From: Azolla caroliniana
Lineage: Eukaryota > Plantae > Polypodiophyta
DNA: 64,000 nucleotides
Reading direction: 5' to 3'
Assembly: GCA_043228905.1 (NCBI GenBank)
Contig: JBHGNT010000007.1
Span: 5,394,001-5,458,000 of the forward strand
Shown: positions 1 through 10,797 of the stretch, in pieces
How positions within the stretch are numbered: the first letter of the stretch is position 1
Layout: every line of letters starts with the position of its first letter
Translations under genes and position numbers: made by a program
The notes under the pieces: generated by a model
Database searches by the model: none
Seen by the model: the letters and a program-made list of their open reading frames with translations, nothing else
What the model was told of the DNA's origin: nothing

Positions 1-1957
1 TTCTTCATCCCGACTTGACTCTTATTATTCACACAATTACATGAGTGTGAGTGCACATGGTGCACCCCGCCGATGTAGCCAATATTTCCCGGTTTCTGCC
101 TCTGGACGAAATTCTTCACGACATCCGCCCCCACCTAACCGCATGTCCACTGGTACGTGCCAAATCCGGTGAAGGGTGAGAGATTTCGGCCGGTGAGAAA
201 CCGGTCTTCCGTAATCCGCATCCCGGCTCGCTGTCGGTTTGAATCGTCGGCTGCGATTCTCCCTTCACGCTTACCTCTCCGTAGGCTTGTTCGACCCATC
301 GATGGGTCCTTCGCCGTGATCTCCGTAGTACGCGTACTTCCGCTGGGCCTTGTTCAGCCGTATGCACGCTCCGTTCTCCGCCGTACATCCGTTGCCCTTC
401 GCTTGAGGAACGCCCGTTGTGGCCCGCCTGGCCTCCGTCGACCATTCATGTCGTCCTGATCGTCGTCCCACATTGTTCCCCGCCGCATTCGTCCCCTTGC
501 TGCCACCTTCCTTCTCCTTGGTCTTACGTCGCTACGTCAGCTCGGACCGCCAAGGCCTTCGGAACTGTCTGGAGGTTCCTTCTCCGGTCTTCTACGCACG
601 ACCTCCGAACCGGGCGACCCATTCTTCACGCTCACCTTTCCGGTCCGGCACCTCCGTGTGCCGTCTTCCGCTTCCTTTGTTCGGCGCCACCTGTGCCGAA
701 CACCGTCCCGTAGTCACGCTTCGATCCGGCCCGCGATGGCCCCTTGCGAGACTCTTGTTCTGCTTCGTTTCTTTGCTTGCCGAAATTCAGGGTATCTTTG
801 TTTGAGTCCCTCCCGGATTTTCCTCGTGTCTTCCGCGTAGTCGGGTCTCGTTTCCCGCCGCCACCAACCTCTCTTGGTCTCATGTTACCACGTTGGCTGA
901 ACAACCAGAGTCTCTGGTTTGGTGTGGGGATCCCATAGGACTGGACTTCCTTATGCCCACTCACCTTGTCGGAAGGTTTGAGATGGTTCGTAGCCGCCTT
1001 GCCGACCTGATACCTTCTTTCTCTGCTTCCGTCGTCCGATCACGTTCACCTGCCGCCACCGATCTCCCCTATAGGACTCACGCCGGCACTCGGGCTGACC
1101 GCCGGATCGGTGTGAGGATCTTCGTGGGACCTCGGTTTGCCCGCCCTTGTCCCCCCGCCGCCACCGTCAGTATCTTGATCTTACGCCGACCGCGCTGTTG
1201 ACTGCCGAAGTCTCTAGATCCGGTGTGAAGGATCCTCCTTGGGCTCCTCGTATCCTTGACCCTTATCCCGGGTCTTTCTTCTTTCGCAAGTCGAGAGGGT
1301 GGCTTGCTCCACACCCTCTCCCATGGTACCGACGTACCGTGTTCCCGGCCTCTTCGTAGGCCTGCTCTCTTCCTCCCTCCCGGAATGGTTATCTGGGAGT
1401 CCGCTCCGCCCGGTTCTCGTCCGGGTCCGTTCGTCATTCCCCGGATTGCCGGGTCCCGTTTTCCTGTCGCCACCGACCTCTCCTATAGGACTCACGCCGG
1501 CACTCGGGCTGACCGCCGGATTGGTGTGAAGATCTCATGGGACCGGTCTTTGTTCTCCTCTTCATCCCCGTACTTCTCCGTAACTCGTCGCCGCTCTCCT
1601 TGCTGCATTCCCGCCTCCATCTTCCATCTCTTTCGGTCTTACGTTGCCCCGTCGGCCGAACAACCGTAGTCTCCGGATAGGATGTGGCGTAACCGATTTC
1701 GCAACGTCTTTCGGCAACTCGTCTGGGCCACCGCCCCCTTTAGTGGTGTCAGTGGATAGCATCTGTTTTGTGATCAATCAAGCCCCACCTGAGCTTGATT
1801 CTCCAATGTTCGGAGTTTCGGCTCCGATGCCGATCTTGCCAGACTCTTTCCGAACCTCTGATCACCCTCCTTCCAATTCTCGACCTTCGCCTGGTCGGTC
1901 TTTCTCCCCATGTAAAAGAGGGCGGCTCGTCCCGCACCCTCTCCCGTATCGGCACCT

Positions 1958-2926
1958 TTATGCTGAATCCGGCCCCGATCGAACAATCCACGACTGGATT
2001 ACGCTCCACCCGTATCGGAGCGTCGCGTGGTTCGGTTCCCGGTCGGGTCGTTCCTTGGTCAAGAGGGCGTTTTGTTCCGCACCCTCTCCCGTGGTACCGT
2101 GGTACCGACCTTCCGTCATCGCGTGGGGCAAGTCCGTCTCCTCAGTCTCGGCTTGCGACCTTGATCTTTCCTCTTCCTCGAGCATCGCCTCGAGAGCTGC
2201 GTACGCCTTCGCAATCCTGGCCCCAACGCTGACCCTTGCCGACTCTCTTTGTTGTTCGGCCTCTTCTCGCTGTGATGGCATGCCGTCACGCGCCTTCCTC
2301 TTAGCCTTCTCGGCTCGCTCATTGTCTAGCCGTTGGCACACCCTTCCGACCTTCGACCAGTCCTCCGTAAGCCCATTCGCTCCGTCATCATCTTCGAGCT
2401 CAATCCCGATGGCGTCCCGTTCCGCTCGGTCGATCGACCTGACGAACAATAGAACTTTGTCCACCCCCACCAAACCTTGTTCCCGCTCCGGGAGCCGAGC
2501 AAGCCGTCGCTCAAACTCCCGGAACGCCTTCGTTGCGCCCCGGTGGGTCTTTGCCGATGCTACCCACTGGTCGAAGTCGTGCCGTCCCCGGCTCTTCCGC
2601 CGTCCTCCATATGCCTGCAGGAGCGCCTCTTCAAAGGCCTCCCACGAACTATGAGCTAGCCCGAGCTCCTTCACTTCCGCGTGCATACGGACGGCGACAG
2701 CCCGACAGAAGAACTCCAGCCTCAACGCTTCGTCCACGTCTCGCTCCTCCATTTCCGTGTTGTAGGCTTCCAAGAAAGATGGGACTTCGTCCCCGTTGAA
2801 ACGGCCGACTCTTTCGACCACTCGCTCAACCGCTTGTTGCGCTGCTTCTCGCCTCATCACCACTCGTGCCGACTCCAACACCACTTCGGCCACCATCTCC
2901 GCGAGGTCATCATCTTCTGGCTCCAT
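1958..2926 (-). CDS. Gag-like protein (322 aa) of the non-autonomous element
   Basis: ORF starts just after the PBS. Motif VGRFNGDEVPSFLEAYN...WEAFEEALL is homologous to the gag of the autonomous copy (IGRFSGKDATNYLASY, 27019-27588). Confidence 0.75.
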   Translation of the reverse strand: MEPEDDDLAEMVAEVVLESARVVMRREAAQQAVERVVERVGRFNGDEVPSFLEAYNTEMEERDVDEALRLEFFCRAVAVRMHAEVKELGLAHSSWEAFEEALLQAYGGRRKSRGRHDFDQWVASAKTHRGATKAFREFERRLARLPEREQGLVGVDKVLLFVRSIDRAERDAIGIELEDDDGANGLTEDWSKVGRVCQRLDNERAEKAKRKARDGMPSQREEAEQQRESARVSVGARIAKAYAALEAMLEEEERSRSQAETEETDLPHAMTEGRYHGTTGEGAEQNALLTKERPDREPNHATLRYGWSVIQSWIVRSGPDSA

Positions 2927-2942
2927 CCTCCCTTGCCGCCTT

Positions 2943-2959
2943 TCACGTCGGGTTCACCA
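2943..2959 (-). promoter_or_regulatory. Primer binding site complementary to tRNA-Trp
   Basis: Minus strand TGGTGAACCCGACGTGA, 4 nt from the LTR edge. Variants recur at 19386-19402 and 27611-27627. Confidence 0.8.
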
Positions 2960-3260
2960 AATATGTCGCGTTGTTATGCGCGTGCGTGTAGAAAGGTGGG
3001 ACCACGGGGGTCCTGGACTAGGGAGTGACGGAGCGTAGGAAGTCGTGCTTCACCCTCTTCGGGGCACCCCAGGAGCACACCGGAAGCAACCGACCGAGAG
3101 AGACAAAGAGATGGAGACAGAGAGGGAGCGCGCGCTTGACACCGACTCACGCACACACACACACACACACACCGACCCGACTCACGCCCTTATGTGCAGG
3201 AACACAGGAAAGGGGAAGCACCCGACACCAATAGAGACACGAGTATACACAGACAGACGC

Positions 3261-4255
3261 AAAAGTATGTATTACAAGGGAAAGATTACAACCCTGACTT
3301 CGAGTCGGACCAAGCTAGGGTAGGTTACAACAACAGTCTGCAGCCAAGCCGCCGTCCGGGGAGCTCTCGAGCTCGTCACGCAGAGCGGGGTCTTGCACAA
3401 GAGACCGAGCGGGAACAACCCTCCACAGTCCACCCACACCGTGAAGAAGAGGAAGAAGAAGTAGAAGAACTAACCCTAAATCTAACGGTATACCCTCTAA
3501 CACAAGACACAAAAGTATGTATTACAAGGGAAAGATTACAACCCCGACTTCGAGTCGGACCAAGCTAGGGTAGGTTACAACAGCAGTCTGCAGCCAAGCC
3601 GCCGTCCGGGGAGCTCTCGGGCTCGTCACGCAGAGCGGGGTCTTGCACAAGAGACCGAGCGGGAACAACCCTCCACAGTCCACCCACACCGTGAAGAAGA
3701 GGAAGAAGAAGTAGAAGAACTAACCCTAAATCTAACGGTATACCCTCTAACACAAGACACAAAAGTATGTATTACAAGGGAAAGATTACAACCCCGACTT
3801 CGAGTCGGACCAAGCTAGGGTAGGTTACAACAACAGTCTGCAGCCAAGCCGCCGTCCGGGGAGCTCTCGGGCTCGTCACGCAGAGCGGGGTCTTGCACAA
3901 GAGACCGAGCGGGAACAACCCTCCACAGTCCACCCACACCGTGAAGAAGAGGAAGAAGAAGTAGAAGAACTAACCCTAAATCTAACGGTATACCCTCTAA
4001 CACAAGACACAAAAGTATGTATTACAAGGGAAAGATTACAACCCCGACTTCGAGTCGGACCAAGCTAGGGTAGGTTACAACAACAGTCTGCAGCCAAGCC
4101 GCCGTCCGGGGAGCTCTCGGGCTCGTCACGCAAAGCGGGGTCTTGCACAAGAGACCGAGCGGGAACAACCCTCCACAGTCCACCCACACCGTGAAGAAGA
4201 GGAAGAAGAAGTAGAAGAACAAACCCTAAATCTAACGGTATACCCTCTAACACAA
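3261..4255. repeat. 4 x 250-bp near-identical tandem duplication inside an LTR
   Basis: Unit starts aaaagtatgtattacaaggg at 3261, 3511, 3761 and 4011. The homologous LTR at 49502-50262 has one unit. Confidence 0.95.
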
Positions 4256-4816
4256 AATGGGCAACCCCTCTACAAGGGACCATCCCTTCCTTTTATAGAA
4301 CAAGGAGAGGGATGCGTTACAATGTGGGATAAATTCCGATTTACATGGGATTCTTCCTCCTGACTTGACTCTTATTATTCAACATCTTGACATGTTGTCC
4401 AACATCTTTGCATCCCAATGAGCCATTATAATATATGGCTGTCCTAATATGATGGTGTTAGAGGATGTTGTTAAGTATCTAGAACTCAACACACCAGTTG
4501 TGGAGATTTTGGAGCTAACAAAAGACACTGAGCTAAACCAACCTATGGAAAATGGGGATAGAACAAACCAAAGAGGAAACAATGTAGGCCAATGGGGAAC
4601 CTAGTGTCAAATGGAGACACTTGCCTTGTAAAAAGCTATAAAAGCCACCTTTTGGTGACTTTGGAAGCTCTTCTCGATTCTTAGGGTTTCTCCTTTTTTA
4701 TCAGTACACTAAGGGCTAAGAGAGATTAGGGTTAAGAACTAAATAAGCCGAATCCTAATCTCCTCCTCTTGTATGGGTGTATTAAGAGTGGTGTTAATAA
4801 TAATATATCTTATTTG

Positions 4817-4822
<6 letters not shown>

Positions 4823-4863
<41 letters not shown>
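4823..4863. repeat. (GA)n microsatellite
   Basis: Uninterrupted GA run. Confidence 0.9.
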
Positions 4864-4867
<4 letters not shown>

Positions 4868-5111
4868 ATTATCGTCTTTGGAGGTCAAATATGACCTATG
4901 AGACCAAAAATATTACATTTCACGTGATACGTGTGAAAGTGTGTTGCCAATGGCATACAATGGGAAAGCTCTTCCAAACCAAATAATTAAATATGTATTT
5001 TAGAAGGGTCATGAAGAAAGTGATTTTTGAACCTTTTCTTTACGAAAGAATGTAAATACCACTAGGATAAACTATTTCATATATAAAATAAGTATATTTA
5101 TAACAATATAG

Positions 5112-5136
5112 GGGTAAAAGCATGCGAGTGGAAACA
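5112..5136 (+). repeat. Left terminal inverted repeat (25 bp)
   Basis: Reverse complement of 15646-15670 with one mismatch; preceded by ATAG. Confidence 0.92.
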
Positions 5137-5590
5137 CTATTATAGCTAATTAGCTACTAAAATGGCCATAGCTAATTACCTATTTGTTTAGCTAGTCTTT
5201 TTTGTGGGAAAATGAAATATTTGAAAAACTAATTTATGAAAAAACTCAAATATTTGAACTTCTGTTTCAGACGTAGTGGAACTTGGGGAATAGCACCATC
5301 ATCTAAGGTCGACTTCAATGTCATCAATTTCCTGTTTAGCCTAAGTCTGATTTTGAACGCAGATGGAGTACTTAGAGCACGAACGCAGACGTAGCTCCCG
5401 CAACAGCAGAAAATCGACATTGCAGATTGAGAGCTACAACACAGAACCCGCTCGATCATCGTCCAGGTATGTTTCAGTTACAGAAACCCCAAATATTTGT
5501 TTTTTCTTTTTGACTATTGTCTGAACTTTGGTGCCGATTCATATTTCCCCAAAATCGAATAGGGCGAAGTCCTTGGAGTCCCATACAAGG

Positions 5591-8500
5591 ATGTCTCGCA
5601 AATCGGGGAGTAGCAACAGGTGTGTTTATATTACTTTTTTTGTGTTTAATCCTGTCTTTAGTGATGATTGGGGTTTTTGATTGAAATTCTGATTAGGGTT
5701 TTTGTTTATAAATTTCTGATTAGAATTTCTGATTAGGGTTTGTGATTGAAATTTCTGATTATGGTTTCTGATTGAAATTTCTGATTAGGGTTTTTGATTA
5801 TAAATTTCTGATTAGAATTTCTGAATAGGGTTTTTGGTTACAAATTTTGATTATAGATTAGAATTTCTGAATAAGGTTTTTGTTTATAAATTTCTGTTTA
5901 GGATTTCTGATTAGGGTTTGTGATTGAAATTTCTGATTAGAATTTCTGAATAAGGTTTCTGGTTACAAACTTCTGATTACAGATTTTGATTAGGGTTTTT
6001 GATTTCAAATTTCTGAATACAAATTATGATTAGGGTTTCTGATTTGCTAAGTTAAAGATTTTGCACCATTTTTGTTGTTGTTGATTGGGGTTTTTGATTC
6101 TCACATATTCTGATTTTGCACTATTTCTGATTTCTGAAATGATATTTCAGATGGCTCGTTCCTCCGTATACGAGAGTGCTAAACTTCGCAAAATTTTGCG
6201 AGACAAAGGATGACTTCCACAACACCTATGGTTTGTCACTCGAGGGTGTTGACCCTGCTGTCCTAAGTGATAAATTGATCAGTGATGTAGACTGGATGAC
6301 AGTATATACAGTGCCTAGAGTCAAAGGCAAGGTCAAGCTGAAGCATGTACGAGCTAACTTGTACGATGACTGCATGAGACTGCACCAGAAAGTTCATCAG
6401 GAGATCCTAGTCAACAATGAGTTGACAGTTTCATTTGCTAGAGCATTTGCATATGAGTACTGCAAAACAACGAAGGAATCTAGAGACCCTGAAATGTATA
6501 GGGTAGCTTGGGCAGTCTATGGTGAGGCATCGGTAAAAAGATGCCGAAAGATGGGGACCTTGGCACAAAAAATAGACAGATTTTGGAGCATGGCAGCTGT
6601 TGATGCAACTGCTGACTCCCAGCAAGACCGGGGGCATACACCACACCGACACCCAAGGAAAGCCAATGTCGATGATACAGGTGAGACATTGGTTAGCTAT
6701 ATGCTAAAAAATGTCCATGAAGCCTGTGAGACATTGGCATTTTTTAAGACTGATTTAGAGAAAGCCACAATGGCTTCTACAATGGAGAGCAAAGTTACTT
6801 CCGCTGTTACAACAATTAGAAATAAGATTCAGGTAACTATTGTTTTGCTGGTATGTGATTGTGTTATAAATAACGGGTAAAATGTGCTAATCAAGCATTA
6901 TCTGGAATAGGTTGCGCAATAGGAGCTTGAATTAGAGGGGCCACTGGATCCCCAGCGTAAAATAGAACTGCAAATAGAGATCCAGGTTCTTTCAATGAAC
7001 CTGGACCTTCTAGGTGTAAATACTGTTGCAGATTACAATTTGGATAAGCTTCAAGTAAGTTAACGATTCCTGAGCAAAGTTGGTGTATCTTTCAACAACA
7101 AGAATAATTAATCGGTAAATTTCTCTGTTGCGTTGAAGGAACAATACATTAATCAAGAACAGGTAGTTAGCTGCCTTAAGAAGCAGCTACATTTTGTGGA
7201 GGGAATGGTAAGGACCAGACATGATTTGAACCTGAACATTCTTGCTCCCTTACCAAATGAAGTAGAACCAGAAAATGATTTATTGACAGTACAAGCACTT
7301 TGCATCGCTTGCGGGTTAGGTGTGGAGGACAAAACTGCGTCTTTGTTGGTTCACCTACAACCATGCAACCACACATACCATCTGCTTTGTTTTCAACATG
7401 CCTGTCGAATTGCTGCATTCTGTTTGGGAGATTGCAGTACAACTCTACCAAATGAGTGGAGAAAACTAACAGGTATACCATACTGTAGCTAATAAGCTTA
7501 GTCTTTTCTAATTAGCTATCCTAGTAGCTAATTAGCTATGGTACTAGCTAATTAGCTAGTACCATAGTTGTGTAAAAAAGCTAATTAGCTATCCTACTAG
7601 CTAATTAGCCACTGGCAACTAATTAGCTATCCTAGTAACTAATTAGCTACTGCCATAGTTGTGTAAAGTAGCTAATAAGCTATCCTAGTAGCTAATTAGC
7701 TATGGTACTAGCTAATTAGCTAGTACCATAGTTGTGTAAAAAAGCTAATTAGCTATCCTACTAGCTAATTAGCTATCATAGTAGCTAATTAGCTACTGCC
7801 ATAGTTGTGTAAAGTAGCTAATAAGCTATCCTAGTAGCTAATTAGCTACTGGCAGCTAATTAGCTATCCTAGTAGCTAATAAGCTATCCTAGCTACTACA
7901 TAGTTGAGAAAGTAGCTAATTAGCTTTCATTGTAGCTAATTAGCTATCCTACTAGCTAATTAGTTATCCTAGCTACTACCATAGTTAGTAAAGTAGCTAA
8001 TTAGCTATCCTAGCTACTACCATAGTTGAGTAAAGTAGCTAATTAGCTATCCTAGCTACTACCATAGTTGAGTAAAGTAGCTAATTAGCTACCATAGTAG
8101 CTAATTAGCTATCCTAGCTACTACCATAGTTAGTAAAGTAGCTAATTAGCTATCCTAGCTACTACCATAGTTGAGTAAAGTAGCTAATTAGCTATCCGAG
8201 CTACTACCATAGTTGAGTAAAGTAGCTAATTAGCTATCCTAGCTACTACCATAGTTGAGTAAAGTAGCTAATTATCTACCATAGTAGTTAATTAGCTATC
8301 CTAGCTACTACCATAGTTGAGTAAAGTAGCTAATTAATTAGCTATCCTAGCTACTACATAGTTGAGAAAGTAGCTAATTAGCTATCCTAGCTACTACCAT
8401 AGTTGAGTAAAGTAGCTAATTAGCTACCATAGTAGCTAATTAGCTATCCTAACTACTACCATAGTTGAGTAAAGTAGCTAATTAGCTATCGTACTAGCTA

Positions 8501-9146
8501 ATTAGCTATCCTAATTAGCTATCATACTAGCTAATTAGCTATCCTAGCTTCTACCATAGTTTAGTAAAGTGGCTAATTAGCTATCCTAAATAGCTGCCAT
8601 GTTATTGTAGAATCTTGTGGATTAAGGACGGCACATGATGTGTCTGGTGCTGATGACGTTGCAACAGATGAGGATACTACTGCCAACGTGGCTGAAAGTA
8701 AGAGTCCTGCTATCACATCTCCTTTAGATCAACTCCACCCTATTCTTTTGGAACAGTGTACTGAATTAGGCAACGATGTGAAATGCCATGAAATAGTGGA
8801 AAAAACATGTAAAACTGAGGTTCACAACAACAGTGTTTATGAACACTTGATGCAACATTTCTTCGAGTCTCAAGACCTTGATTCCACCCCACCGAGCCCA
8901 ACTACTGAAAATGTCCAAACAGATCCCTCTGTACTTGAAAAGCTAGTTCAAGAAACGGCTGATGTGCAATTAGCTGCTGAGGCGATGGGAAGGTTGTCGG
9001 AGGAGGACACACTTGCGCATTGGGTGAAAGAAGCAAGGCTAAATGGGGAACCAACCAGAAAAAGGCTGAAGAAGGGGCCACGATCGGGAACAAGACCAGT
9101 TACTCGGTCAAGGGGCCCAGACGTAGTGGAGCGAAATACTGTTTAG
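5591..9146 (+). CDS. Transposon accessory gene, isoform 1 (~570 aa): unknown N-terminal domain, helical/coiled region, RING-H2 finger, acidic tail with a basic NLS-like end
   Basis: Predicted exons 5591-5619, 6151-6832, 6923-7054 (or from 6911, which includes a TAG), 7139-7472 and 8611-9146. All introns are GT-AG and phases match (2,0,0,1). RING-H2 pattern CIAC...CNHTYHLLC...CLGDC in 7300-7440. Confidence 0.72.
5660..6135. repeat. Degenerate tandem repeat (ttctgattagggttt...gattgaaat) in intron 1 of the accessory gene
   Basis: Repeated ATTAGGGTTT / TTTCTGATT units between donor 5620 and acceptor 6150. Confidence 0.8.
7486..8595. repeat. Array of the palindrome TAGCTAATTAGCTA (higher-order ~42-bp unit) in intron 7473-8610
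   Basis: Dozens of copies, e.g. unit tagctaattagctatcctagctactaccatagttgagtaaag. Confidence 0.95.
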
Positions 9147-9395
9147 TTGGATATGATTGTTAGCTTAGGGATTTTGCTAGGGTTTTATGAAGTTTTACTA
9201 TCCTGTTGGACAAGTAAAACCTCAGATTGGTTGTTGCTTGATCCACATTATGTAATGGAACTCTATGATGTTTTTCCAAGATAATTTGAAGAGTGTTGTT
9301 CTATGACTGAAACTCTTTGATGTTCAGGATATTGTTTTGTGAGACTGTTAGTTACTTTGTGAGTGTGAATATGTTGGTGTTTTCTGATGTTGCAG

Positions 9396-10450
9396 AGTCT
9401 AAAGGGTTTGATTCTATTGCTCGTAAGGCCAATGGCAGTGTGGATACTGTTGATATTGCTGCATGTTTAAAGGGCCCCATCTTGAAAGTAGATGTAGCAA
9501 CTGACACAAGTGATCTGGTCACACAAGTTGATCAAGCATGTAGCACAGATGACTTGGTGTTGCAGGTAGATGCAGCATGTAGCACGGATGACTTGGTGTT
9601 GCAGGTAGATGCAGCATGTAGCACGGATGACTTGGTGTTGCAGGTAGATGCAGCATGTGATACCAGTGGACTGATATCGAGCAGATCAGTAGCTACATGC
9701 ACCGAGGTAATCCAAGGATTGATAACTAAGTCGACAAAACAAGAGCACCAGAATGTGAAGCCAGGCCCAACACAGTCGACTAGGGGTTTGAAGAGGAAAA
9801 GGACGCCAGTTGTGTCGGCCGAACCTGAGCTGATTGAGATTGATCGTATCCTACCAGAAAATGGTGTAACAGCGGCTCAGTTTCAGGAATGGAAACCTAA
9901 ACCACTAGAAGTCGAAAGAAGAGCCTTGATCTTGGAGCTTGATAAAGTCTTGATGAGTGTGAGATATATGCAGCCAAGGAGGGACGCGAATCAGTTTCTA
10001 GAGTGGGCTGTGGAATACTTTGATTTGTTTATTTGGAGTGAAAAACCAAAATCAGATGTGTGGAAGTGTTTGGCAAGATTCTTCCCAAAATGGCGAAGTC
10101 GTTTTAAAGGTCAATGGGCACGAGAAAATTGTGAGCAAATGGAAGCTGCAAGATTCAAGAGACTTTCTGATTTTTGGGCTACTTGGCCTGAATATAATGC
10201 CGACAATACATTGATTTTGGATACAGAACATTTCCGGCACTACTTTAATATTCGGAGATGCTGTCTCATTCTACCTGAGGAAATGCCTGAACAGTACCTG
10301 GTGCAAACAGTGAGCTGCCAACTAGGTGCATGGTTGTGGACTCCATACCGAGCTCGATATGCGGATAATATATGTAGACTCGTTCCACTGACTAGCAAGA
10401 GCTTAACTGTTTATAGGAGATTTGTAGACATTTCCAATGGTAATTTATAA
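9396..10450 (+). CDS. Exon encoding 13-aa repeats and an FCP1/NIF-like (HAD) phosphatase domain with a degenerate catalytic motif; probable alternative last exon of the accessory gene
   Basis: Lies within ORF 9317-10450; acceptor ttgcag at 9395, phase 1. RRALILELDKVL...PRRDANQFLEWAVEYFDLFIWS...WARENCE...KRLSDFW...YNADNTLILD resembles the NIF/FCP1 domain, with DxDxT changed to ELDKV. Confidence 0.68.
9517..9660 (+). repeat. 39-bp coding tandem repeat (STDDLVLQVDAAC, 3-4 copies)
   Basis: gcatgtagcacggatgacttggtgttgcaggtagatgca repeated in frame. Confidence 0.9.
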
Positions 10451-10797
10451 ATATGTAAAGAGATGACATTATTCAACGAAGAATTTAATTACTTGTTCCC
10501 ACTGTACTTATCTACTGTGTAATTTGAGGAATATGTTGCAGATTGTTGATTTCATGCTATTGATGACTATTTAGCTATTGACAGCTAATTAGCTGCATTT
10601 GTACAGCTAATTAGCTACTGATGACTATTTCGCTATAACTTATAACTTAAAACTTAACAAAAAAGACATGATTTTATTGAGAAAGAAGCACAGAAAGCAG
10701 ATTGTATACAAGAAATTGATTCCAAACGAATTTATTTAACTGTTTTCGCGAAATACATGTTTGTTTTACAAGAGAACATGGTAAGTGCTACTTGTAG

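Larger units (their letters stand above)
1..4380 (-). mobile_element. Non-autonomous (gag-only) Ty3/Gypsy LTR element, tRNA-Trp-primed GC-rich family (copy 1)
   Basis: 3' LTR end at 1-123 (...cacgaca), with PPT GGTGGGGCGGA adjacent on the minus strand. PBS at 2943-2959. 5' LTR starts at 2964 (tgtcgcg) and matches 1-30 at 4351-4380, then breaks off. Gag-like ORF, no pol. Confidence 0.8.

Noticed and set aside
1644-2654. Long antisense or overlapping ORFs in the GC-rich elements (also 24813-25628, 40850-41590, 51320-52147)
   Set aside because: Shadow ORFs expected from high GC and antisense to gag/pol; no recognisable domains.
4860-4925. Similarity to ~15820-15880 on the other side of the Sola element, suggesting larger element boundaries
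   Set aside because: Short diverged direct similarity outside the TSD-defined ends; probably an older repeat at the insertion site that I cannot classify.
9317-10450. Stand-alone host CTD phosphatase gene
   Set aside because: It lies inside the TIRs, its catalytic motif is degenerate, and the ORF's 5' part looks intronic upstream of the acceptor at 9395.
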